A DNA stretch of 64,000 nucleotides from an uncultured Desulfatitalea sp. Lineage in GTDB: Bacteria; Desulfobacterota; Desulfobacteria; Desulfobacterales; Desulfosarcinaceae. The translations under genes were made by a program, and so were the position numbers. This document shows, piece after piece, positions 32,856-41,781 of the stretch (position 1 is the stretch's first letter; the number at the start of each line of letters is the position of its first letter). The DNA is taken from assembly GCA_963668675.2 (NCBI GenBank), contig CAXXMB010000002.1:832001-896000 (forward strand), read 5' to 3'. The notes under the pieces are model-generated. The model was not told the DNA's origin, did no database searches, and saw only the letters and a program-made list of their open reading frames with translations.

Positions 32856-32913
32856 CCTCAACAAAGGGCTGTTACTGACTCGGTTCCCTCGCGGCAAAGC
32901 CCTGACGTTAAAC
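32856..32913 (+). repeat. attC site 1 (58 bp, apparently intact)
   Basis: CCTCAAC-AA-AGGGCT...AGCCCT-GAC-GTTAAAC. Confidence 0.8.
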
Positions 32914-32925
32914 GAGGAGATCCTA

Positions 32926-33501
32926 ATGCATTACAAATACAGATCATTAGAAAACTTTAAGAACTTCGTTGACATAATCCTAAACAACAGGATTTACGCT
33001 GCCCCTTATTTTAAACTCAATGATCCCATGGAGGGGCTTTACATTTATGATAAAGGTACGGTTAACCATGAAATGGTGTCGAAGATAAAGGGGGAGAAGA
33101 AGAGGATAGGAATATGCTCCCTATCCCGCCGTTCTGATAGCACTCTTATGTGGTCACACTACGCCAATAGCCACAAAGGAGTCGCTATCGCCGTTGTGGT
33201 TGGCCACCAGCATGAGATAAGGCCTGTAAAATATGAAGGGCTTTCTTACGTCCAAAATGCAACAAGGTTTGGTAGCCGCGAAACAGCTATGAATATATTG
33301 ATCTGCAAATTAGAGGCATGGTCCTACGAGGAGGAGGAGAGAGTTTTTGTAACAGATACAAACTACGTTGATGTTTCCATAGCGAAGATTATTTTAGGCT
33401 CAAAGATGGATACTCGAACTAAAAGTTTAGTCAAAAGTCTAGTGTCAAAGATAAACCCGAATATCCTAATCAGAGAGGCTGATGTTGCTGAAATCGTATA
33501 A
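32926..33501 (+). CDS. Cassette 2: DUF2971-family protein
   Basis: YKYRS, LNDPMEG, CSLS...LMWSHYA..HKG, K..AWSYEEE.R, IILG. Confidence 0.85.
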   Translation: MHYKYRSLENFKNFVDIILNNRIYAAPYFKLNDPMEGLYIYDKGTVNHEMVSKIKGEKKRIGICSLSRRSDSTLMWSHYANSHKGVAIAVVVGHQHEIRPVKYEGLSYVQNATRFGSRETAMNILICKLEAWSYEEEERVFVTDTNYVDVSIAKIILGSKMDTRTKSLVKSLVSKINPNILIREADVAEIV

Positions 33502-33560
33502 CCTCTGCCTATAGCAAATCGGGCAAAAAGCGGCCGCTTCCGCTAAGGCCAACGCTCGCA
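33496..33560 (+). repeat. attC site 2 (degenerate, GTT to GCT)
   Basis: GTATAAC..GCCT.TAGC...GCTA-AGGC..GCTCGCA. Confidence 0.65.
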
Positions 33561-33574
33561 AGAAGGATAAAAGA

Positions 33575-34324
33575 ATGTCGGTACCAAGTCCATCAGAGTA
33601 CAAATCTGCATTTAAAAATATAGCGGTTACCGAGTTACAATTAAAAATGTTGGAGATTCATTACCAATCTCCAGAATACACTCTGACTGCAATGCAGATG
33701 GCAAATACCTTGGGATATCCTCATTACTCAGTATCGAACGGGAATTATGGACGACTTGGAAGTCGTTTAGGAGAAGCTTTAGGGTGGAAGCCAGATGATT
33801 CTGATCTTGGGGTATCAGTTTTATCAACATTCGCAAAACCGGAAAATAATTGGCAATGGATAATGCGACCAGAAGTTATATCCGCATTAGAATCTCTTGG
33901 ATGGGTAAATCCTTCGACTATAGCGTTTCCCAATGAAGTCGAAGAATCAGTTGCTTATGTAGAAGGAGCCTTTAAGAGTGTGGCGGTTAATGCGTTTGAG
34001 CGTAATGCCAAAGCTCGTACCAAGTGCATTTCTCACTATGGTTATAAATGTTCTGTTTGTGGCATTTTATTATCTGATATTTATGGTGATATCGCAGTCA
34101 ATTTTATTCATATCCACCACATTAAGCAATTATCAACAATCGGCGAGGAGTACGAAGTCAATCCTATTGAGGACTTGAAACCAGTTTGTCCAAATTGTCA
34201 TGCGATGATTCATCGTAGGAATCCAGCATATAGCATTGAAGAAGTTCGCTCCTTATTAAACAAAAATTATTGCGAACAAACATGTATAGAGGACGGCGAG
34301 GGACATGCTGCCTCTGACATGTAG
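33575..34324 (+). CDS. Cassette 3: HNH endonuclease (McrA-like / type IV restriction-like)
   Basis: EG......ERN..AR..C....G..CSVC, HIHH, CPNCHAMIH. Confidence 0.85.
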   Translation: MSVPSPSEYKSAFKNIAVTELQLKMLEIHYQSPEYTLTAMQMANTLGYPHYSVSNGNYGRLGSRLGEALGWKPDDSDLGVSVLSTFAKPENNWQWIMRPEVISALESLGWVNPSTIAFPNEVEESVAYVEGAFKSVAVNAFERNAKARTKCISHYGYKCSVCGILLSDIYGDIAVNFIHIHHIKQLSTIGEEYEVNPIEDLKPVCPNCHAMIHRRNPAYSIEEVRSLLNKNYCEQTCIEDGEGHAASDM

Positions 34325-34330
34325 AGATGC
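34271..34330 (+). repeat. attC site 3 (degenerate R')
   Basis: TGCGAAC-AA-ACATGT..AGAGG...CCTCT.ACATGT-A-GAGATGC; overlaps the 3' end of the HNH ORF. Confidence 0.65.
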
Positions 34331-34363
34331 ATATTAACGTGAGAATGCTTTAAAGGAGAAGGC

Positions 34364-34693
34364 ATGGAGGTCTGTAAAAACAAATCAACAGGCCAATATT
34401 TCATTTTTATCAATGAAACTGGTGATGATGAAGCGCTTATGGTAACGGCCATTGCCGAAATAAAATCATTAAAACTGAATTTATTTCACGACATAGAGGA
34501 ATTCGACGAAAATTGGCTATTAAGTGAGAATTTTATTTCAGATGAGCAAGTTAAAAGATTTCATCAATATGAAAAGAATCGATTTGAAGATCAAGTTGCA
34601 TATGTTGAGTCATTATTTCACCAGATGCCTCCAGATAAGCAGCAAGAATTTTTAGAAAAACTGAAAAATAGGGCCACAAAAAAAAATAAATAA
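34364..34693 (+). CDS. Cassette 4: hypothetical protein
   Basis: 109-aa ORF with AGGAG RBS, bounded by attC-like sites. Confidence 0.65.
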   Translation: MEVCKNKSTGQYFIFINETGDDEALMVTAIAEIKSLKLNLFHDIEEFDENWLLSENFISDEQVKRFHQYEKNRFEDQVAYVESLFHQMPPDKQQEFLEKLKNRATKKNK

Positions 34694-34699
34694 TGTCGT

Positions 34700-34769
34700 G
34701 CATAGCAAGTGGCTTTACTTTTGACTAGGGACAAAGTGCGGCCCTCGCAGGTAAGCCACGGCTTCAGGC
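34700..34769 (+). repeat. attC site 4 (degenerate)
   Basis: GCATAGC-AA-GTGGCTT...AAGCCAC-GGC-TTCAGGC. Confidence 0.6.
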
Positions 34770-34775
34770 AAGCGA

Positions 34776-35171
34776 ATGTTGAAACTATTATTAGGCATAG
34801 GCTTATCCGCAAAACTTTCGGGATATAAAAGAAAATATCGTGATAGCTATTACATTTTCGATCATGAAAATATTCTTTGCCGGATAAGTAAATGGGTTGG
34901 CAAGTTTAAAGTTGCTGCATGTACTTATTGCGATAGCCCACATGAAGGTGGTTATGATATGTCAAATATTATCTGGATCTATCATTCCAGATCTTTCAAA
35001 ACGGAGGAAGCAGCAATAGCGCATTTATTAAGTGAGGTTCAAACAGCAGCAAATAGTCATAAGGGTACAACCTTTTACCGGCTAACTGAAATCAACGATG
35101 GACAAGATATTATACATAAATTTAGCGAAAATGGTTGGATAGAAACCGATTGGAAGGGATGGAATGCTTAA
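34776..35171 (+). CDS. Cassette 5: hypothetical protein
   Basis: 131-aa ORF starting 7 bp after attC4; stop codon lies within GCTTAAC (R''). Confidence 0.6.
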   Translation: MLKLLLGIGLSAKLSGYKRKYRDSYYIFDHENILCRISKWVGKFKVAACTYCDSPHEGGYDMSNIIWIYHSRSFKTEEAAIAHLLSEVQTAANSHKGTTFYRLTEINDGQDIIHKFSENGWIETDWKGWNA

Positions 35172-35370
35172 CCTGGCACTAAACGCCGAAGGCTCAATTA
35201 AGGGTGTTTTCAGAATTTGTTCTGTTAACATCATTCCGTATTTTCTGTTCGGCTATAACTATTTATCCGCCGATGGTTTGTTTGTCGTAAAACGCACTTT
35301 ACGAAACAAAAAAATCTCTGCCGATATTATTTGGTACAATAACCAATTGCGGTTTAACCTTAGGTTGTAA
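35166..35370 (+). repeat. Possible long attC site 5 (~205 bp)
   Basis: GCTTAACCT..TAAAC.GC pairs with GC.GTTTA..AGGTTGTAA; long interior. Confidence 0.4.
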
Positions 35371-35719
35371 TTACCAACAAAAGGGCTGTTTTTTCCGGAA
35401 ACAGCTAAACCTACGTCCCTGGAGACGGTGTCGCCCCTGACTTTTCAGCGCCCGGTTCCCACACTTACGGCACACTTCGGGCTGACCGATATTTTACCCA
35501 CCTTGCGGATTTAAAAAAATTCAAAAAGAACGTAGATTGAATGGGCCTAGTCAAGTGTCGGGCATATTCATATACAGAGGGGGGTGTTGGCCACTGACAT
35601 GATATTCCCCCTCGCCGGTGTCCTTTTTATAGTGTGAAATAACTTTGCTATTCCCTCGTGTGGCGACCTAACACAAATCTTCCCTCGCGCGCGTAGAGGT
35701 TTTGTTTATCGGTCAATTA

Positions 35720-36334
35720 TCACAACCGCAGTTCATCAAATGACATTCCAAGTCTTTTGCCCATAATCATCAAGGAAAGGGTTGATGCCCTTCTAGCCTG
35801 TCTTCGCAAGCGGTCAAATGTTTTTTGGTGCATTTGTTTTGGTTTGGACATAATTGGTTCAAACAAATCGTGGCTTGCCCCTATTCGTTTTCTGATTTTT
35901 CGGGCTTTCCTCATAAGGCGGTCTGCCTTGCATTCCTGTTGACTGCTATAGGTAAGGCCATAACAATGACGGCAATAGAAATATTTACCGGCACCATATA
36001 AAACGGCCACCCGCCGCCGACATCGAGGGCATAAAAACCATGTTCTGTCCCCCCCATAGTTACAGGGCGTTTGGTCAAACGAGATGGTTTGCTCAACACC
36101 TTCCCATTCTCCACCTCTTGGCCGGTGTCGGTAGTTCAATTTGATTTGATCCTTTTCCACCCAGTAACCAATAAAACCTGTCTGCTGACCACCGATAGAC
36201 CATGACAACGAACCTCCACTCAAGGGTTGCAAGTAACCTTTCTTTTTCAGCCATCGGATATCAATGTGATGCTGGCTTTCAGTGGTGATTTTAGAATCCC
36301 ATCTGTACCAGCACCCTGAACCTTGACCGCCCAT
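35720..36334 (-). CDS. Hypothetical MGGxGSG-type Zn-finger protein of integrated elements
   Basis: MGGQGSG start; WFLCPRC, FYCRHC..L.Y.SQ, KP..MH.KTF. Confidence 0.75.
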   Translation of the reverse strand: MGGQGSGCWYRWDSKITTESQHHIDIRWLKKKGYLQPLSGGSLSWSIGGQQTGFIGYWVEKDQIKLNYRHRPRGGEWEGVEQTISFDQTPCNYGGDRTWFLCPRCRRRVAVLYGAGKYFYCRHCYGLTYSSQQECKADRLMRKARKIRKRIGASHDLFEPIMSKPKQMHQKTFDRLRRQARRASTLSLMIMGKRLGMSFDELRL

Positions 36335-36556
36335 TTCAAATCCTTTTTCTTTTTGTCGAAATCATTAGGAAAGTTTAACCTTTAATCCTGTCGGCTTTTC
36401 CCAGTTCTGTGCGTAAGGGGTGTTACAGCAATCAAGTTTTCCTCATGCCATGGTATATCATGTTAACGCACGCATAGACGTAGGCACCCCCCATAATCAG
36501 TCTGAAACGATCTAAGTCTTGATGGATAAGGCATTATGGCAAAATCTCCTGCAAAT

Positions 36557-36641
36557 GGGGTGTCCTCCGTTGACGCGTGTGTCTCTGTTGGGGGTGTCCC
36601 TCATTGACACGTGTGTGGGTGACTACGTTGATGCGTGTTGT
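36557..36641. repeat. Three iteron-like direct repeats
   Basis: Core TTGA[CT][GA]CGTGT at 36570, 36604 and 36628, each preceded by GGGTG(T). Confidence 0.6.
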
Positions 36642-37155
36642 TTCCATTTTTTACAGCTCCCAATCCTTGGGCTTGATACCCCCGCTTCCTATCCTTTTCC
36701 CGTAAACGAACAGGCGGATGTCCCACAAACCAGCGTTTCCAATCATCCACTAATGCATACTGGCTTTTATGCCTTTCATATGCCCCACCATGGTCCACAA
36801 TATCTATAAACCCCTTGGCCAACAGTTCATCGAGTGCCCGTGTGAATTGTCCTTCTGTGAATGCTCCCTTCACTCGCTTTCCATCTCTATTTATTCGATA
36901 ACCATAGCTTGTGATTTCTTTATAAGTCAGCGTGAACCTGTTGTCGTCAACTCTCGTCCACTTCTTTTGCCCTTTGGTCTTCAATTCTCTAAATTTTCTT
37001 TTATGCAACAAAATTTTCAGCACATGAACTGAGGCAGTTGATACTGTTTGGGCAGTCCCCCTTTGACCCAAGCTCAAGCAAGCTTCTGATAAAGACATCT
37101 GTGTATCGATAAAGGTGCCTTTCCCGAATCCGTTTTTACCATAATTCTTAGACAT
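36601..37155 (-). CDS. Putative winged-helix DNA-binding / replication-type protein
   Basis: FTLTYKE...FTRALDELLAKGFI...G.....SQYAL wHTH-like pattern; basic protein; RBS AAGGGG. Confidence 0.55.
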   Translation of the reverse strand: MSKNYGKNGFGKGTFIDTQMSLSEACLSLGQRGTAQTVSTASVHVLKILLHKRKFRELKTKGQKKWTRVDDNRFTLTYKEITSYGYRINRDGKRVKGAFTEGQFTRALDELLAKGFIDIVDHGGAYERHKSQYALVDDWKRWFVGHPPVRLREKDRKRGYQAQGLGAVKNGNNTHQRSHPHTCQ

Positions 37156-37373
37156 GAATTGCCCCTTATGGTGTGGTCGGTGATTCAACGGGGCAATGTC
37201 GAATCATCTTTTCACTGGTGCCCTACCAGCGCCGACCAAAACTTATTACAGTTATCTGCTATAAATTATACAGTCTCGTCTGATGCTCCATCGTGCATCA
37301 GAATTATCGAAGATATGTGCACCCTTTTTTTCTGTTTAGTATTTCTAATGGCGACTTTTTCTGTCATTGAATA

Positions 37374-37616
37374 TCAAGCCTTGGATATTCCCGCTGCAAT
37401 CGATTTTAACGCCCGTTTTGCTGATTTTAGGTCATATAGCATCGCATCAAAAATACGCATTGGACCATTAACCTGATCACCGAATAAAAAGAAGTTTTTA
37501 CGCTGGCGCATGCGACGAATGGCAATAGGGTCTGAAGATTGAAAACGAAACCGGTCTACGCCTTTTTCAATCCGCCACATCTTAACCGGACCAATTTCAA
37601 AAATGCAGTCAAGCAT
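37374..37616 (-). CDS. Small hypothetical protein in the alpA operon
   Basis: 80-aa ORF starting 15 bp after the alpA stop, same strand. Confidence 0.5.
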   Translation of the reverse strand: MLDCIFEIGPVKMWRIEKGVDRFRFQSSDPIAIRRMRQRKNFFLFGDQVNGPMRIFDAMLYDLKSAKRALKSIAAGISKA

Positions 37617-37630
37617 GTCAATGTCGCCCC

Positions 37631-37849
37631 TTATTCTTCAGCTTCTAACAAAAGCCGAATATTTTTAACGTTCCAAACTGAAATACGTTCGCCAAAACGT
37701 TTATCTGGAGCAGGAAAGCGCCCCTCGGCAATCCACTTATAGATAGTTGCCCGGCTTACCGGTAAGAGCGGTGGTATGTTCTTTTTTTTGTTTCCGATGA
37801 TTTGTTCGAGGCGGATATAACCTGTTTCGGGGAGAGATTGGTTCGCCAT
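37631..37849 (-). CDS. AlpA-family transcriptional regulator / excisionase
   Basis: LPETGYIRL..I.G...IPPLLPVSRATIYKWIAEGRFPAP; AAGGAG RBS. Confidence 0.88.
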   Translation of the reverse strand: MANQSLPETGYIRLEQIIGNKKKNIPPLLPVSRATIYKWIAEGRFPAPDKRFGERISVWNVKNIRLLLEAEE

Positions 37850-37939
37850 TGCATTTATCTCCTTATTGCCGAGAGTGTCCATCAAAGATGAATGCAATAT
37901 AGCGGGGTATATTAATGGAAAAAATTACCCAATTTGTTT

Positions 37940-38054
37940 TTAAATACCCCATTTCATTGTTTGGGGTATTTAATTTATCTGTGAATCATTGATGAGGCTG
38001 GATTTGAAAAAAATGAAAAAATTAAATACCTCACATTTAATTTGAGGTATTTAA
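37940..38054. promoter_or_regulatory. Two palindromic operator-like sites upstream of alpA
   Basis: TTAAATACCCCA-N10-TGGGGTATTTAA (37940-37973) and TTAAATACCTCA-N9-TGAGGTATTTAA (38022-38054). Confidence 0.7.
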
Positions 38055-38091
38055 CGATGATTTTGAAGCTGCAAGGCAGTTTTCTTATAGC

Positions 38092-40134
38092 TTAGGTGAC
38101 GTTAGTGGCTTTCCGTCTGCCGGGTTTGGGATTGGGGTTAAGTCCTTTCATATGCCGGCGAAATGTATTCATGGCTGGTAGTTGACCGCGATAGGCCTCT
38201 TTAATTTCAGGGCGCTTATACATATTCGTAGTGGTGATTTTTTCCTTTTCCCAGATAGTTTTAGCTATTTTCTGAGCATTCTTTATCGCTATCTGCCCGG
38301 CAGATAGCTTCCGGGAAATAATTTTATTAGCGGGAGGGTGAGTTGCATAAAGCTTCGTTGGCAGAGGAATCTGCCAATTTTGCAAAAAGAGTTTGAGAGA
38401 ATCTAATTCAATGTAGCCAGGTTCACCATCTTTCATTTCCAACAGTTTCATTGATCTTGATGCAGGTGCCCCGGCAATTGTACCAGTAGTCCATCGGGTT
38501 AGAATATGAAACCAAGCTATTGCACGATTATCCCTGCTGCGCAAATCCGGCAACTGCTTTCTTGAATCCAAATCAAACCTTTTCCATAATTCAGCGAGGA
38601 TATCATCATATTGACTATCTGTAGCGAGGATCGGAGCTAAGTCAATATCACCTATATATCCGTTGGCGCGGGCGGCCAATACTATTTCTTTTAGCTTCGA
38701 CTCAATATCTTCAGGTATCGAATTAACAAATGTCTTGATCCTTTTGGGATTCGTTAATGATTCCTGGCATTGGCTCGGAAAAAGTCGGCAAGGCAGAGAT
38801 ATTTCCCATTTGTTTAAAAAATGTCGAAATTTATCCAGATTTATAAACCGAAATGAGATGGTTTCTTCATTACTGTTCATAAAGGTCTTTTTTTCGCATT
38901 CGAGTGGATTTATTATTTCAAAATCATCGCAATTAATAGTTGGTAGATTTGAATTATCGACGCCCAATACATCGCCACCTATCCATCGTTGAAAAAGCGC
39001 AGTCCATATATTGACTCTTGAATCGAAAGTGGAAGGATCAGGACAAGAATCACCGGCAATGTCCATTTGAAATTGTGTCCAGTACTCCGGCAAATGAGGA
39101 ATATAACTCTGATCGTAAGCCATCATGCATACGAGATTACTATCCTTAGCGAAACCATTTTTTATTGCCCATTCGGTCTTTGAGAATTGCCATTGTTCCA
39201 ATTGGCTTGCAGCAATCAATTTTGAATCAGGTAAAAAGCCGTCGCTACTAAATGCAATTTTCTCTTCAATGCTTTCCATCTCAAAAGCTGAGTATAGAAC
39301 AACACGGGGTTCGAAATATTCATCCCTCACACTGTCCTGAAGTTCATGGTTTCTAAACTTGATATCGAAATACCACTCCCCAAACGGGACATCACTTGGA
39401 TGATTTTTGTAAATGCTACAGAAATCAGGTTGCAATAGTTGAGGGTAACTTCTATTCGATGCAGCCTCATTATAATGTATGTCCCTCAAAAGCTTATCCC
39501 ATGGCATTTCTGGAACCAATCCACGTAATTTTTTCTTGGTGTATTCCATTTCTTCTTCAATATTCATATCGCGCGTTTGATCATCGTCATCGACTTCAAA
39601 AACTATTGCGAATTTCGGTAAATTCAGTCTTTTTGAAGAAACCGAATCATTCAGTCTTTCAGCAAGTATACCAGCAAACTTAGAATTATAAGCATATAGG
39701 ATTATTTTCGTGATAGGGACATCTCTGTAATATGTTTCAGCCCACCTTTGAGCCCTCAATCGTAAATTTTCTATCGATAGCTCTGGAAAATAATCTTCCA
39801 ATATTTCAGGGTCAGGGGGGCTTACCTTTTTGTTTTTTTTGATTTCAGTAAGGATTTCGAGGTCTAAGGCATCCTGCATTCCGTAATAATCAATAAAATT
39901 TACAAGCTGTTTTAATGAACACGGGAAGGATAAGGCGGGTATAGTTAGATCTTTATAAGGATGATCACTCAGAATGGCCCTTTCCACTGCGGTTAACAAT
40001 GCATCATCTGCTGGAGGAACAACCCAAACACCATCATTTCTCACTTCAAGTCTCGGAAAACAGAAATTCTTGGGGTCTTCAATTTGAAAAATTTTGATAA
40101 AATCAGAATGCCCAATGAATTTTTTCATATCCAT
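38092..40134 (-). CDS. 680-aa hypothetical protein with an internal domain duplication and basic C-terminus
   Basis: Long AT-rich ORF between the integrase and alpA. Confidence 0.75.
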   Translation of the reverse strand: MDMKKFIGHSDFIKIFQIEDPKNFCFPRLEVRNDGVWVVPPADDALLTAVERAILSDHPYKDLTIPALSFPCSLKQLVNFIDYYGMQDALDLEILTEIKKNKKVSPPDPEILEDYFPELSIENLRLRAQRWAETYYRDVPITKIILYAYNSKFAGILAERLNDSVSSKRLNLPKFAIVFEVDDDDQTRDMNIEEEMEYTKKKLRGLVPEMPWDKLLRDIHYNEAASNRSYPQLLQPDFCSIYKNHPSDVPFGEWYFDIKFRNHELQDSVRDEYFEPRVVLYSAFEMESIEEKIAFSSDGFLPDSKLIAASQLEQWQFSKTEWAIKNGFAKDSNLVCMMAYDQSYIPHLPEYWTQFQMDIAGDSCPDPSTFDSRVNIWTALFQRWIGGDVLGVDNSNLPTINCDDFEIINPLECEKKTFMNSNEETISFRFINLDKFRHFLNKWEISLPCRLFPSQCQESLTNPKRIKTFVNSIPEDIESKLKEIVLAARANGYIGDIDLAPILATDSQYDDILAELWKRFDLDSRKQLPDLRSRDNRAIAWFHILTRWTTGTIAGAPASRSMKLLEMKDGEPGYIELDSLKLFLQNWQIPLPTKLYATHPPANKIISRKLSAGQIAIKNAQKIAKTIWEKEKITTTNMYKRPEIKEAYRGQLPAMNTFRRHMKGLNPNPKPGRRKATNVT

Positions 40135-40221
40135 ATCTTCTGAAGATGCCCGGCGCGATGGCGCGAGGAAAATACGACTTAGAAAATAGTTACCCAGCTA
40201 AACGGGTCTATTCCGCCATTT

Positions 40222-41436
40222 TCAGGCTTGCCGCTTGATGGGAATCACCTTCGCTCCTGCTTTCAATCCGTCTAAGTAATCAGCCCATGTCTGCATCATT
40301 TTCCGTCGATCTTCAATATGTGTGGTCCTGTTATAGGATCTGCCCAAAGGGTCCCTGACATTGTGCGCAAGCTGATGCTCGATGAGATCAACACGCATAT
40401 GCAACACCTCATCCAACATAGTACGAGCCATAGCCCGGAATCCATGGCCGGTCATTTCGTTTTTTTCGAAACCCATCCGGCGAAGGGCAGCGAGAACTGC
40501 GTTATTGCTCATTGGACGTTTGGCTGTCCGGGCGCTGGGGAACACATAACGACCAGCACCGGTTAGTGAGTTCAGCTCTTTGAGTATTTCAACGGATTGT
40601 CTGGCCAAAGGCACAATATGAGGTTCGCGGGTCTTCATCTTTTCCGCCGGAATATTCCACTCTGCGGCTTCAACATCGATTTCAGCCCATTCAGCTTGTC
40701 GCAATTCGCCAGGGCGGACAAACAACAACGGTGCGAGCTTCAATGCGCACTTGGTAACAAAGCTGCCTTGATAATCATCGATTGCTCTTAACAATCCAGC
40801 AACCTTGTCAGGCTCTGTGATAGCTGAAAAATGGCTTTCTTTTGCCGGTGGCAACGCGCCCCTAAGATCTGATGCCGGATCCCTTTCAGCTCTACCTGTG
40901 GCGACGGCATAGCGGAAAATTTGACTGCAATTGGTCCTTGCTCTATGCGCTGTATCAAGAGCTCCTCTTGATTCAATTCTGCGAAGCACCATTAGCAGCT
41001 CTGGCGGTTTGATATCGGCTATTGGCCGATCACCGATATATGGAAAAACGTCCTTTTCAAGCCGATTCTTTATCTTGATCGAGTGGTTCGGCGCCCAATT
41101 CACGCTGAACTTGCCAAACCATTCCTGGGCAACAAACTTGAAAGTCGTTTCATTTTGAACCTTAGTTTTTTTCTTTGTCTTGCGCGCCTCGCTCGGGTCG
41201 ATACCCTCGGCAACCTGAGTACGGGCAGCTTCCCTTTTCTCCCGAGCTTTTGAAAGACTGATCTCGGGGTAAGTGCCGAAAGACAGCAACTTTTCTTTAC
41301 CCCCGAATCTATATTTGAAGCGCCATCCCTTTCCGCCAGCAGGTGTGATCAGCAGGTACAACCCTCTGCCATCAAAAATCTTTATTGGTTTGTCGCTCGG
41401 TTTTGCATTTCGGATCTTGGTATCGGTAAGTGCCAT
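40222..41436 (-). CDS. P4-family tyrosine integrase
   Basis: MALTDTKIR..DGRGLYL arm-binding domain; catalytic R(PGE), K, HGFR, H(NV), Y(NR). Confidence 0.96.
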   Translation of the reverse strand: MALTDTKIRNAKPSDKPIKIFDGRGLYLLITPAGGKGWRFKYRFGGKEKLLSFGTYPEISLSKAREKREAARTQVAEGIDPSEARKTKKKTKVQNETTFKFVAQEWFGKFSVNWAPNHSIKIKNRLEKDVFPYIGDRPIADIKPPELLMVLRRIESRGALDTAHRARTNCSQIFRYAVATGRAERDPASDLRGALPPAKESHFSAITEPDKVAGLLRAIDDYQGSFVTKCALKLAPLLFVRPGELRQAEWAEIDVEAAEWNIPAEKMKTREPHIVPLARQSVEILKELNSLTGAGRYVFPSARTAKRPMSNNAVLAALRRMGFEKNEMTGHGFRAMARTMLDEVLHMRVDLIEHQLAHNVRDPLGRSYNRTTHIEDRRKMMQTWADYLDGLKAGAKVIPIKRQA

Positions 41437-41455
41437 CGGTGGCCTCCGCTGCTTT

Positions 41456-41516
41456 GGGGGTACTTTTTTGGCAAAATCTTTAATAATCGCCCCAAGTACC
41501 CCAAAAGTACCCCCAA
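41456..41516. repeat. Integrase arm-type binding repeats, right end
   Basis: GGGGGTACTTTT and inverted tandem AAGTACCCCAAAAGTACCCCCAA between the integrase start and the tRNA. Confidence 0.65.
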
Positions 41517-41625
41517 CAGATTCGGATGTCAATGGATTCAACTGGACGTGTATGGATATAAAAATGGAAAAGGCCCTTATTTTTAAAGCCTTTTATTCTT
41601 TAGCAGATATCGCTGGATTTTCGTT

Positions 41626-41701
41626 TGGTGGAGATGAGGGGGATCGAACCCCTGACCTCAGCGTTGCGAACGCTGCGCTCTCCCAACTGAGCTACATCCC
41701 C
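41626..41701 (-). tRNA. tRNA-Ala (anticodon CGC)
   Basis: GGGGATGTAGCTCAGTTGGGAGAGCGCAGCGTT-CGC-AACGCTGAGGTCAGGGGTTCGATCCCCCTCATCTCCACCA; 76 nt with G3:U70 and encoded CCA. Confidence 0.97.
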
Positions 41702-41781
41702 TGAGTGTGTTGGTGTTGCCGTTCATAACAAATCATCCGCGCTGAAACAACCAATATTTCAACTGCATCGGCAGTAGGGTA

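Larger units (their letters stand above)
32326..35370 (+). mobile_element. Integron-type gene cassette array without integrase (CALIN), five cassettes
   Basis: Five co-oriented ORFs, each followed by an attC-like imperfect palindrome; each R'' box complements the 7-mer that opens its own cassette. Confidence 0.78.
22068..41640 (-). mobile_element. tRNA-Ala-integrated genomic island / phage-satellite-like element (~19.6 kb)
   Basis: P4-type integrase next to the tRNA 3' end; degenerate repeat TGGAGGGATGAGGG (22068-22081) vs TGGTGGAGATGAGGG (41626-41640); TACCCC..TACCCCCAA arm-type repeats at both ends; AT-rich cargo. Confidence 0.82.
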
